Assembly: GCA_003250355.1 (NCBI GenBank)
Contig: QKGS01000040.1
Location: 2,812 to 66,811 of the forward strand
Length of the DNA stretch: 64,000 bases
Source of the DNA: Bacteroidota bacterium
Lineage (GTDB): Bacteria > Bacteroidota > Bacteroidia > Bacteroidales > SZUA-534
Reading direction: 5' to 3'
The notes beneath the pieces are model-generated. The model was not told the origin of the DNA and ran no database searches. It saw nothing but the letters and a program-made list of their open reading frames with translations. Made by a program: the position numbers and the translations under genes. Each line of letters begins with the position of its first letter. Position 1 is the first letter of the stretch. Positions 28,808 to 39,600 of this stretch are shown piece by piece.

Positions 28808-28916
28808 CTTAAATATTTTGTGTAATCATAATGTTTAATCAATAAACTATTCCTTTTTTTATTGCGAATTATTTGCTAATGTGTATGTTTGTATTTCAAT
28901 AAAAAAACGATATAAC

Positions 28917-29966
28917 ATGAGCAAAACAATTCTTATTACCGGGGGAGCAGGTTTTATAGGGTCGCATGTAGTACGACTTTTCGTTACCAAATATCCCGAT
29001 TATAACATTGTAAATCTCGATAAGCTTACTTATGCCGGTAATCTTGAGAACCTTTCCGATATTGATAAGTTACCTAACTATACATTTGAAAAAGGCGACA
29101 TTGCCGACGAAGCTTTCATTGACTCCTTATTTGCCAAATACTCATTCGACGGAGTGGTTCATTTGGCTGCCGAAAGCCATGTTGACCGTTCTATAAAAGA
29201 CCCTATGGCATTTATTATGGCTAATGTTTTTGGAACTGTTAACTTACTCAATGCTGCTAAAAAATACTGGGCAAATAATTTTGAAGGCAAACGCTTTTAT
29301 CATATCTCAACCGACGAGGTATATGGTGCTTTGGAAGAGACAGGATTCTTTTACGAAGATACCCCTTACGACCCTAAAAGCCCTTATTCAGCATCGAAAG
29401 CCAGTAGCGACCATTTTGTAAGAGCATACATGAATACTTACAAATTGCCTGTGGTAATCAGTAACTGTTCCAATAATTATGGACCAAACCAGTTTCCCGA
29501 AAAACTGTTGCCTCTTGCAATTAATAATATTAAAAACAATAAACCAATTCCAATTTACGGCAAAGGTGAAAATATTCGCGACTGGTTATATGTAGTAGAC
29601 CACGCCCGCGCAATAGACCTTATTTATCACAAAGCCGAAACAGGGAAAACATACAATATAGGGGGGCATAACGAGTGGACAAATATAGACCTTATTCGTT
29701 TATTGTGTAAGGTGATGGATAAAAAGCTTGGTCGTGAAGAAGGCACATCGGAAAAGCTTATAACTTATGTAACCGACCGAGCAGGTCACGACCTTCGTTA
29801 TGCTATTGATGCTTCGCTTATTGAAAAAGAATTAGGTTGGTTGCCTTCTGTTACTTTTGAGCAAGGTATGGAAATAACTGTTGACTGGTATTTAAATAAC
29901 GAACAATGGTTGGATCGTATTGTTTCCGGAGCATATTCCGAATACTACAATAATATGTATAAATAG
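28917..29966 (+). CDS. rfbB: dTDP-glucose 4,6-dehydratase
   Basis: ITGGAGFIGS, DKLTYAGN, HLAAESHVDRSI, STDEVYG, YSASK, GHDLRYA. Start MSKTIL after TATGTTTG. Confidence 0.97.
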   Translation: MSKTILITGGAGFIGSHVVRLFVTKYPDYNIVNLDKLTYAGNLENLSDIDKLPNYTFEKGDIADEAFIDSLFAKYSFDGVVHLAAESHVDRSIKDPMAFIMANVFGTVNLLNAAKKYWANNFEGKRFYHISTDEVYGALEETGFFYEDTPYDPKSPYSASKASSDHFVRAYMNTYKLPVVISNCSNNYGPNQFPEKLLPLAINNIKNNKPIPIYGKGENIRDWLYVVDHARAIDLIYHKAETGKTYNIGGHNEWTNIDLIRLLCKVMDKKLGREEGTSEKLITYVTDRAGHDLRYAIDASLIEKELGWLPSVTFEQGMEITVDWYLNNEQWLDRIVSGAYSEYYNNMYK

Positions 29967-30033
29967 CACGAACAATACGAAGGGTTAAAGGTTAATATTA
30001 TATATTTATACCATATTAACTCTATAACTGGAA

Positions 30034-30786
30034 ATGAAGTTTTTAAAAAATATATTCAGAAAAGAGGAACCTATGGTTCCTTTTTCTTTAGGTTGTCTTA
30101 AAACCGATATTCATTCGCATTTAATACCCGGTATTGACGACGGCTCCGATTCAATGCAAACATCGCTGAATCTTGCACGGGGCTTGGTGGAACTTGGATA
30201 CACAGGCGCAGTAACAACACCTCATGTAATGAGCGATTATTATCAAAATTCGCCCGAAATTATTAAGTCAGGTCTTGAAGAATTGAACAATGAATTAGTA
30301 GCGAACAATATCCCTTTGAAAGTTGAAGCCGCCGCTGAATACTTAGTCGATTTTGACTTTTTTGAAAAAATTGAGAAAGAAAAACTACTCACTTTTGGCG
30401 ATAATTATATTCTCGTTGAATGTTCATTTGTTGATGCTCCTATGCAGTTAAGCGAAGCAATATTTGCATTACAAACCAACGGATACAAACCTGTACTGGC
30501 TCACCCTGAACGATATATATACTGGCAGGCAAAGTACGACATTTACAATTCACTTAAAGAGAAAGGGGTGCTGTTTCAAACAAATTTACTTTCGCTAAAA
30601 GGTAGAAACGGCCCTATAGCTCAAAAAACAGCGGAATGGCTTATTATGCACAATATGGTAGAATGGCTTGGTTCCGATTTGCATAATTATATTCACCTCC
30701 GGGAGCTGAAACATTACAGGGTTAAAGAGTCGATAGCTCACAAAATACTCGATTGCGATTTTTTAAATAAAACTCTCCGTTTGTAA
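30034..30786 (+). CDS. CpsB/CapC family PHP tyrosine phosphatase
   Basis: DIHSHLIPGIDDG, TPH, LAHPERY, GSDLH. Confidence 0.93.
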   Translation: MKFLKNIFRKEEPMVPFSLGCLKTDIHSHLIPGIDDGSDSMQTSLNLARGLVELGYTGAVTTPHVMSDYYQNSPEIIKSGLEELNNELVANNIPLKVEAAAEYLVDFDFFEKIEKEKLLTFGDNYILVECSFVDAPMQLSEAIFALQTNGYKPVLAHPERYIYWQAKYDIYNSLKEKGVLFQTNLLSLKGRNGPIAQKTAEWLIMHNMVEWLGSDLHNYIHLRELKHYRVKESIAHKILDCDFLNKTLRL

Positions 30787-30846
30787 ATTATTTCCCTTTT
30801 GTCAATATAATTCCCTTATATTCAATTGCCTAATTACTGATTCAGG

Positions 30847-31104
30847 TTAGCATTTGCCTCTTGCACACGGGCTGTTTGTTAAAAATATGCCTATTCCCAA
30901 CCCCATTAGTATATCTTTAAAAGCATTGCTATTCCAATACACTCCGGTGTGTTTACCTTCTGTTACAAAAAAAAGGGTATATGCAACCAAACCACCTATT
31001 ACTGCTGTAATTACAGTTTTTTTAAAATGTACCGATTTTATTATTTGTTCTAATTTACTGCCTTGTGGTTTGTAGTTGAGTTTTTTGAAAGTGTAAGTTC
31101 TCAT
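30847..31104 (-). CDS. Small two-TM membrane protein with C-terminal PCARGKC motif
   Basis: 85-aa ORF with ATG start, two hydrophobic helices and a terminal Cys pair. Confidence 0.65.
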   Translation of the reverse strand: MRTYTFKKLNYKPQGSKLEQIIKSVHFKKTVITAVIGGLVAYTLFFVTEGKHTGVYWNSNAFKDILMGLGIGIFLTNSPCARGKC

Positions 31105-31155
31105 TTATTATATATTTATAAAAATACAATAATAGATGTTTGTACTTACTTGCAC

Positions 31156-31171
31156 CGTAACTTTTATCACA
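31156..31171. promoter_or_regulatory. Crp/Fnr-like site upstream of the 85-aa gene
   Basis: CGTAACTTTTATCACA resembles TGTGA-N6-TCACA. Confidence 0.4.
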
Positions 31172-31261
31172 GTAAGGTATTAATTCAATTATTTTTATTA
31201 GGCTAAAACTTATCCACTAAATTGGTAGTAGAACCAAGTATGTTTGAATACCCAATCCCCT

Positions 31262-31303
31262 AAAAAAGAAGAGGCTGTTCCGGGGAGGAACAACCATCTT
31301 CTT
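31262..31303 (-). terminator. Rho-independent terminator after aor
   Basis: Minus strand AAGAAGATGGTTGTTCC-TCCCC-GGAACAGCCTCTTCTTTTTT: hairpin plus U tract. Confidence 0.75.
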
Positions 31304-31324
31304 ATAATTAACCCATGAAAAAAA

Positions 31325-33241
31325 TTACCTTAATTCTTCTAAACGAAGTTCAACCAATTTACCTTTAAGCGGAGCACCATTCTGATCCATACCCGCCATT
31401 TGGTAGTAAAGCTCTTTTGCCTCATTGAACTGAGCTCTGTCTATTGCCATTCCTTCAAGCGCACCGTTTGGTAGCGGTTCAAAGCAACGGTCAGGCAATA
31501 CTTCGTCGGCAGCAGTAATACCACACTTAGCGTTAAATAAACGACCCATTACATGGCTACGTTCTGCTGCTATTATTAATTCATCTAACGATAAATCCCA
31601 ACCAGTAATATGATTTACCAACATTGGCATATGTTTAAGTGTCATCATTCTACGACTTGGTTCGCACAAAAATATACAAATATCTAACATATCGGCAATT
31701 CCCCACAACTTTTGTAGAATAATAAATGCACGAATTTTTTCGTAATCGAGAGAGCAAGGCTCCATTGGCTTGCGGATACCCCAGTTAAATAACGGGAATA
31801 TATCACCATCAACAAGTGCGTTAGGGTCAGTATTTGGTTCACCCATAAAGCAGTGGTCGTGTTCAACTACAACGTGGTCGGCACCGTTTGGTGATACAGC
31901 GTATCCAAGACCAACGTTCCATTTTCCGCGTGCTTCGTGAGCTGCAAATTCCATTTTTTTCGATGTCATTGCATATTTAGGAGCGTCGCCGCCAATTTTC
32001 TGAGCAGCACGGTAAGCACCCTCTGCTAAAATATCGCCAAAGCCTTCACGCTTAGCTATCATTTCAATAATTTTGGTGTATGCTTCGCTGTTATCCCAAA
32101 TTAATTCGAGACCACCTGTATCCTCTTTTGTAATAATACCTTTTTCATATAATTCCATTGCAAATGCAATAGTCATACCTGTTCCTATTGAGTCCATTCC
32201 ATAGCGTGCTACAAGCTCGTTACCTTTACATACTGTAATAGGGTCGCTCATACCGCAAGCCGAACCAAGTGAACCCATAGTTTCGTATTCAGGCGCACCG
32301 TATGCCTCATCAATATTACGATCAGGATTATCGGATTCATGCTTAACTACTTGCTTGCAACGAACCGGGCAAGCCCAGCAACCTTCGCGCTTATGACCTA
32401 TTTTCTGTTGTATTACAGGTCCGTCAATAAGAGCTGCTTTATCGAAAGCACCCATTTGGAAGTTGTGAGTAGGTAGTATCCCCATATTGCTTAATATAGT
32501 GACTAAGCACATAGTTCCGGCTTCACCAAACCCGGGAAGACCTTCGTGTTGCTTAATACCTTTCGACATCCATTGAGTGTATTCTTTAATTTTGTCGGCT
32601 TCTTTCATAAAGTCTTTGTTATCGCCTTTTACAGCAATAGCACGTAAGTTTTTAGAGCCAAAAACGGCACCCATACCTGTACGACCGTTCCAGTGTTTTA
32701 ACTCGTTACAAAGAGCAGCAAAGCGAACTAAATTTTCTCCACCGGGGCCTGTTTGAAGTACACGAGCTCTGGTTTCGCCCATCTCTTCACGAATCATATC
32801 CTGAACCGGGCCGGTTTCTTTACCCCACATATGTGAAGCATCTTTAATTTCTACTTTGTCGTTGTTAATAGCTATATAACAAGGCTTTTCTGACTTACCT
32901 TCAACAACGATAGCATCCCAACCTGCGAATTTTAATTCCGGACCAAAGAAGCCACCTGCCTCAGAATTTCCAAAACCTTCGGTTAAAGGACTTTTTGCTC
33001 CAACTGAGAAACGCGATGTTCCCGGAATAGGTGCTCCGGTAATTACACTTGGGGCTACTATAATTTTATTGTCGGGGCCAAGTGGGTCAGCATTGCCGGG
33101 TACTTCTTTGTTCAAGTAATAACCAATAATGTTTGTTCCACCAATGTACTTTTTGAAGAAATCTTCTCCGGGACTTTCAACTTTGATTGTCTTGTCGGTA
33201 AGGTTTACCCTTAAGATTTTGTCTCTGAATCCAAATGACAT
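31325..33241 (-). CDS. aor: Aldehyde:ferredoxin oxidoreductase (tungsten/bis-pterin AOR family)
   Basis: ILRVNLT, KSPLT.G...SEAGG.FGPELKFAGWD, GR.GMGAVFGSKNLRAI, C..CPV.C, PEYET, YGMDSI. Confidence 0.93.
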   Translation of the reverse strand: MSFGFRDKILRVNLTDKTIKVESPGEDFFKKYIGGTNIIGYYLNKEVPGNADPLGPDNKIIVAPSVITGAPIPGTSRFSVGAKSPLTEGFGNSEAGGFFGPELKFAGWDAIVVEGKSEKPCYIAINNDKVEIKDASHMWGKETGPVQDMIREEMGETRARVLQTGPGGENLVRFAALCNELKHWNGRTGMGAVFGSKNLRAIAVKGDNKDFMKEADKIKEYTQWMSKGIKQHEGLPGFGEAGTMCLVTILSNMGILPTHNFQMGAFDKAALIDGPVIQQKIGHKREGCWACPVRCKQVVKHESDNPDRNIDEAYGAPEYETMGSLGSACGMSDPITVCKGNELVARYGMDSIGTGMTIAFAMELYEKGIITKEDTGGLELIWDNSEAYTKIIEMIAKREGFGDILAEGAYRAAQKIGGDAPKYAMTSKKMEFAAHEARGKWNVGLGYAVSPNGADHVVVEHDHCFMGEPNTDPNALVDGDIFPLFNWGIRKPMEPCSLDYEKIRAFIILQKLWGIADMLDICIFLCEPSRRMMTLKHMPMLVNHITGWDLSLDELIIAAERSHVMGRLFNAKCGITAADEVLPDRCFEPLPNGALEGMAIDRAQFNEAKELYYQMAGMDQNGAPLKGKLVELRLEELR

Positions 33242-33629
33242 ATTTTTATTTTTTTAATGAGTTTTCACTCAAATGTTATAATACTAAAAAAATGAGCCGT
33301 AAATATAAAAAATATTGATGTAACTTTCACTAAGCTAACGTTTTGTAAAGTTTTACCATTCGGAAATGCAAATATTCACATATCCTAAATATCTTGTAAT
33401 AAGCATATTCGATTTTTATATATTGCTATTTTTTATATTTCTATGATATAATTTAGAATGAGTTCAAGTAAGTTGCACATATAAGTTTACGAGTAGCGAA
33501 CCTTTTTATTCCATGAATAAGTATATTTTATCAAAACAAAGCCTCTATTTGTACGATTTGATAAATTATTACCCCGCCCCAAATGTATCTTTACAGCCTA
33601 ATTCATGACACTTAATCATTAGTTTTCCT

Positions 33630-36600
33630 ATGAAAAAAATTACTGCCTTTAATACCAAAATGGTAATTGCCGTTTTTGCGTTTTGTTGCATTCAATTAAC
33701 AGGTTATTCCCAAAACAACTGTTTGCATTTCGATGGTTCAAATGATTATATTGATATTCCCTCATTAGGTACAGGTTTAAATCAGTTTACGCTTGAAACA
33801 TGGATAAATCCTGAAGCTTTCAGTGCCAGCCTGAACGGAGTGTACAATACCAACAGTTGGACAACAGGATCGGCACATCTGCAATTTAACGGAAGTGGTA
33901 ATATATGTATAGCAATAAGTGGCGGATCGAACCCGAATATTCCGTTCACTTATGTGTTCCAAACCGGTACATGGTATCATTTGGCCATAACCTACAATAA
34001 AGTTACCAGTACCATGAACTTGTATGTAAACGGGCAATGGCAGCAAACCTATACCGGCACAAATTTTCCTTTGGTTAATTTTAGTGCCGCTCGCATAGGG
34101 TCGTGGAGTGGCGATGGCCGCTATTTTAAAGGTAAATTGGATGATTTTCGTATTTGGAATCGTGAACGCACGGCTGAAAATATAAAAGATAGTGCTATGG
34201 TTCTGCTCACCGGAACCGAACCGGGCTTACTGGCTGCATACAATTTTAATCAGGGAACAGCCGGTGGCAGCAATGTCGGGTTAACCCAGGCCACCAATGC
34301 CACAGGTACAAACCATGCCACGCTCACTAACTTTGCATTGAGTGGAAATACATCGAATTGGGTAAGTGGCATAAAGGATGAGCCAAGCAGCCACGTTTCA
34401 AACTTTATGGGTGCGCTGGCAGGCAATAAAATGACTTTATCATGGACTGATGCTACCGGTGGTGTTGTGCCGGATGGATATTTCATTTTTGCAACTAATG
34501 ACACTAATAACTTTACTTATCCGGTAAACGGTGTTGAACCACCCATTGATAATAATTTGAGTGATGGATACGGGTGTGTTAAAGTATTGCAGGGCACTCA
34601 AACCTATAATGGCTGGATAAATGAAGCATATAACACAAAATACTATTTTAAAATTTACCCTTTCACTAACCAAACATCGCAAATAAAATACTATACAGGT
34701 GAAAATATTCCATGTGTTAACGTTGTTTCGTTACAACAATTTACGGCTGTTGCATCACCCATCCCCCTTTCAAATGGTATGTTCTGGGCCGATTATCATA
34801 ACGATGGTTTCTTTGATATGGTAACATATTTAGATAATATGGAGCGCACTGCTATTTACCAAAATAACCTGAATGGTACATTTACAAAACAAGCCTATTT
34901 TACTTTACCTGCTTTTGAGCGAAACCTGCACTGGATTGATTTTGACCGCAATGGATTTTTAGATATAACAGGTGAATCAACCATTTATTTGAACAATGCT
35001 AATGGAACGTTTACCGGTTATTATTCTTCACTTTGGGGATTAAGCAGGCTTAATGGGCAATGGGCTGATTTTAATAACGATGGAAGCTTAGATTTATTAC
35101 AAACAGCTGATAATGGATATGATATTATACTCTATCAGAACACGGCTGGATCATATAAACAAGTATATGGTAATAATTTTAAACCGTGCGAAGGTCACCT
35201 AATATGGTTCGATTATAATAATGACGGTTTTAAAGATATATTAAGCACCGGCGTAAACCCGATTGATGTAAACCTTTACGCAACAATATATAAAAATGCA
35301 GGCAACGGAAAGTTTTTAGAACAACCTCAATTTCAGATACCGGCCGGTATTACCAAACCCTTTGTATGCGATTATAACGCCGATGGTTGGATGGATTTAA
35401 TTCTGATTGACAGCACCAGCAGCTTGCTACTATTTAAAAATGAGAATGGAATTGGTTTTACTCAAAGGTATAAAACAAATTCATCGGATAAGTTTTTTGA
35501 TATTATTGCAACGGCCGATATTAATAATGATGGTTATGCTGATATTTTGGCATCGTATTTTATAAATAATTATTTAATTGGCATTAAGGCTATTTCATAC
35601 AATAATGGTTTATTTTATGAAAGTTATAATCAATTATTTGAAGTAGGAGGTGAACCTTACAAAAGTTACGACCCTAGTATTACTGATATTAATAACGATG
35701 GAAATATTGACTTGTTTGAGAATTATAGCAGATGCCTGAAAAATATAACTTCTGCAACCAATTTACGACCTAATAAAATTACCAATGCCTCAGCAGTGGC
35801 CGAGGGTAACGGCATTCGGTTTTCATGGAGTGCAACCGATGATAAAACGCCAAGTGCAGGATTAACCTACAATCTTAGAATTGGTACCAGCCCGGGGGCA
35901 TCAAATATTCTTTCGGTAAATGCAACTCCTTTAGGAATACTCAAAATACTTGAACCAGGAAATATGGGTACCTGCACCAGTCCGTTTTTTAGATTACCTA
36001 AAGGAACTTATTACTGGAATGTGCAGGCTGTAGATAATTCATATAAGGGGAGCCCATTTATGGATGTTGATAAATTCTTTACAGTAGTTGATGTAGCAGC
36101 CTCAAATATACAAGCATCTGTAATAAATAATACATCGCTAAAACTGAAATGGAATAATGGCAATGGAACTAAGCGTGCTGTTTTTTGCAAAATTGGCTTA
36201 AGCGGAACGGCATCACCTGTTAATAGTAAAACCTATGTTGCATCTCAGGCCTTTACCGAGGGCGATCAAATTGGCATAACCGGCTGGTATTGTGTGTATA
36301 ACGGAATTGCAGATAGTACTATTGTATCGAACCTAAGTTCATCAAATTCGTATGTTTTTCATGTAATAGAATACACCGGCAGTGCAGGTGCAGAGATTTA
36401 CATGACACAAACCGGGACAGGAAACCCCGAGGCATACAGCACAAGTATTTTTAGTTTACAAAGCCTTATCGGTGCAGCCAATTATGACATAAACAAGAAT
36501 CACGTGAAAATGGCCGATATGAATAACAATGGCTATTTAGACTTTTTGTATTATAAACCTTACACTGGGTTAATGAATTTATATGTAAATCAAGGAAATA

Positions 36601-39600
36601 ACACTTTTGGAGAAACCAAAATACCTATAAATGCAATTTTAAGTAATTCGGCATTTCATTTATTCGATTATAACAGCGATGGTTTACTCGATTTCATATA
36701 CTCAGGCGAAAAACATTCGAACTTTTATTATCAATATACTCGTGCTTATTTTTACATAAATAACGGGAACAATACATTTACATCGTTTTTATCCGATTCA
36801 GTTTTCGGAACATCATATCCTTCAATTGCAAGCGCCGATTTCAATAACGATGGCAATATTGATTTGTTTGTTGGCGGTTCAAAGTCCAGAATTGTACCAG
36901 CTAATAATGCCGAGGGCAAAATTACTGAGTTTTATCCTGTTTCCTTTCTTTATAAGAAAATTGCTACAATCAATAATGATAAATATACACGAGTAAACTA
37001 TAATTTTAAGCCTTTGGAAAACGGAGGTGCATGTTTTGGTGATTTTAACAACGACGGGTGGAGTGATTTAGTTATTAGTGGTTCTGCTGAAGATGGCCAT
37101 TTTTATATTTATCTATACCTGAATAATCAGGATGAAACGTTTCGGGAACAACAACTATTAGTAATTCAAAATCAAGTTTATGCAGGATGTAACCTGTACA
37201 GTTCCGATTTTAATAAAGATGGATTTTGCGACTTAATTTGCGGAATTACAAGTAATAAAACCATTTATTTTAAAAATAATGGCTTTGGCGATTTTGAGGC
37301 TGATTATAACACGTTTAGCAATCAAACAAGGTTCAATACCTATACCGTTTCCGATTTTAACAACGATGGCGCAGCCGATATTTTATTTACAGACGCTAGT
37401 AATCCTTTTAAAAAGTTGTATATCAATAACTACCCCACTAATGGGTTTTCAATTAAAACGGATTTTGTTTCCGATAGGGCTAAAGATAGTCAGATAACAT
37501 CGGGCGATTACGACAATGATGGAGACTCTGATTTTATTGTTGCCAATGATGGCGATGGAATTATTAATGTATTCAGAAATACAATGATAATGAAATCGAG
37601 CTTTTATAATAGTAATAGCAGACCTTCCAAACCAAATAACTTGAAAGTGCAACTAAGTCCAAATGAATTAAGCCTTTCGTGGGATGCTATTACAAGCGAT
37701 GAATCACCTTTTTTAAGTTATAATGTAGCTCTTAAAAAAGATACCATTTTATTCTCGTCACCAAACAGCAATTATGAAAGCGGTAACAGGTGGATTCCTG
37801 AAATGGGTAACACCGGATTTAACACTTTTGCTGTTTTTAGAAACCTTGAACCGGGTAGTTATGTAGCAAAAGTACAAGCTGTGGATGGAATGTACTGTGG
37901 CAGTGAATGGTCCGACTCTATTACCTTCGAAATTAAAAACCTTTCGGCCTACTTTACATACGACACTGTTTGTGCCCGTACACCTAATACCTTAACCGAT
38001 TTGTCGCAATCGACCAAAACAATTGCATTGCGCCAATGGAAACATTACAACAATAGTACACAAGTGTATGAGACTATTGCTACCGATTCAGTTTCAAACT
38101 ATATTTTCCCACACGCCGGGCTCGATTCCATAATGCTTGTGGTTGAAGATATTGATGGCTTGCGCGATTCGGTGAGCCATAACATTTGGGTAAAATCCCG
38201 ATCGGTAGCTGAGTTTTCTGCCCCACCGGTTTGCTTTGGTACAGCTACATCTTTTACCGATAATACCACTCTGCCCGACAGTGTGCAAACATGGTTATGG
38301 AACTTTGGCGATGGTACTGCCAACTCTACCCCAACCAACGCAACACAGCAAAATTACACTTACACCTATTTGAGTGCCGATACCCTTACGGCAAGGCTAA
38401 TTGTACTAAATAAAAACGGCTGTTCTGATATGGTAAGTAAACCCGTTATTGTAGCTCCAATGCCCGACGCTAACCTGAGCGTTTCGTCTGACAGTAGATT
38501 TACATTCTGTAAAAACAGTGGCGACAGCGCATATATTTCAGTACCCGATCAGTTGAATTGCACCTACCAGTGGCTAAATAACAACTACGATATTGCAGAC
38601 AAAATCAATAAGTCAATTACAATTAAAGAAAACGGAGGTAGTTTCAAAGTCAGGGTTACCAATACTTTGGGAGGTTGTTCGGTAACTTCGGCTAATCCGG
38701 TAGTTATTACGGTTAACTCAAACCCCGAAGCACCAACCATTATACAACCCACTCAAACCACCATTTGCGAAGGCGATACTGTAAAACTACAGGTTACCCC
38801 TGTTGCCGGACTAAGTTATGTATGGAATGGCGGACTAAACACCAATAATCTTAACACCTACAATGCTACCACTAGCGGAACTTATTCGCTTAAAGTAAGC
38901 AACGCTTCAGGTTGCCAAGTTCAGTCAACCAATACAATAAATGTAACTGTAAACCCAATACCTGAAATTAAAGGGTTTAGTTATGGTAAAACAAACTTTT
39001 GCCGTGGAGATAGTGTTGTTTTTTCTGCTATTACAAACCCCGATTTTACATATAAATGGATACAAAATGGAGTGGAAATAACTGGTACAAACCGTTTCAC
39101 TGCTTACGAGCAAGGTATTTATAGTCTGTTAGTTATTAATACATACGGTTGTACTTCACAAACCGATAATATTGATGTAAATGTATTTACAACTCCCGAT
39201 TCTCCCACAATTAACCAACCCGCTCAAACCACCATTTGCGAAGGCGATACAGTTAAGCTGTTTGTTTCGCAGGTGCCCGGCTTAACATACCTTTGGAGTG
39301 GCGGCTTGAATACAAACAATATAAATACATATAATGCTACTACTTCGGGAACATACTCGCTTGTAACATCAAATGCAGGTGGGTGTAGTGCAGCTTCGGT
39401 TAATAGTGTTGAGGTTACCGTAAACCCCAAACCCGAAAAACCCTCGGTAAGTTACGGTAATACCGAAATATGTAAAGGCAATACGGTAAACTTTTCGGTT
39501 CCCGACAACAGCTCATTAACCTACCAGTGGATTAAAAACGAAACCCCTGTTGCCGGGGCATCATCACATAACTTTTCAGTAAATGAATCAGGATTATATT

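Noticed and set aside
33242-33629. ModE operator upstream of aor
   Set aside because: Only a half-site-like GTTATAAT is present, with no matching second half, in very AT-rich DNA.
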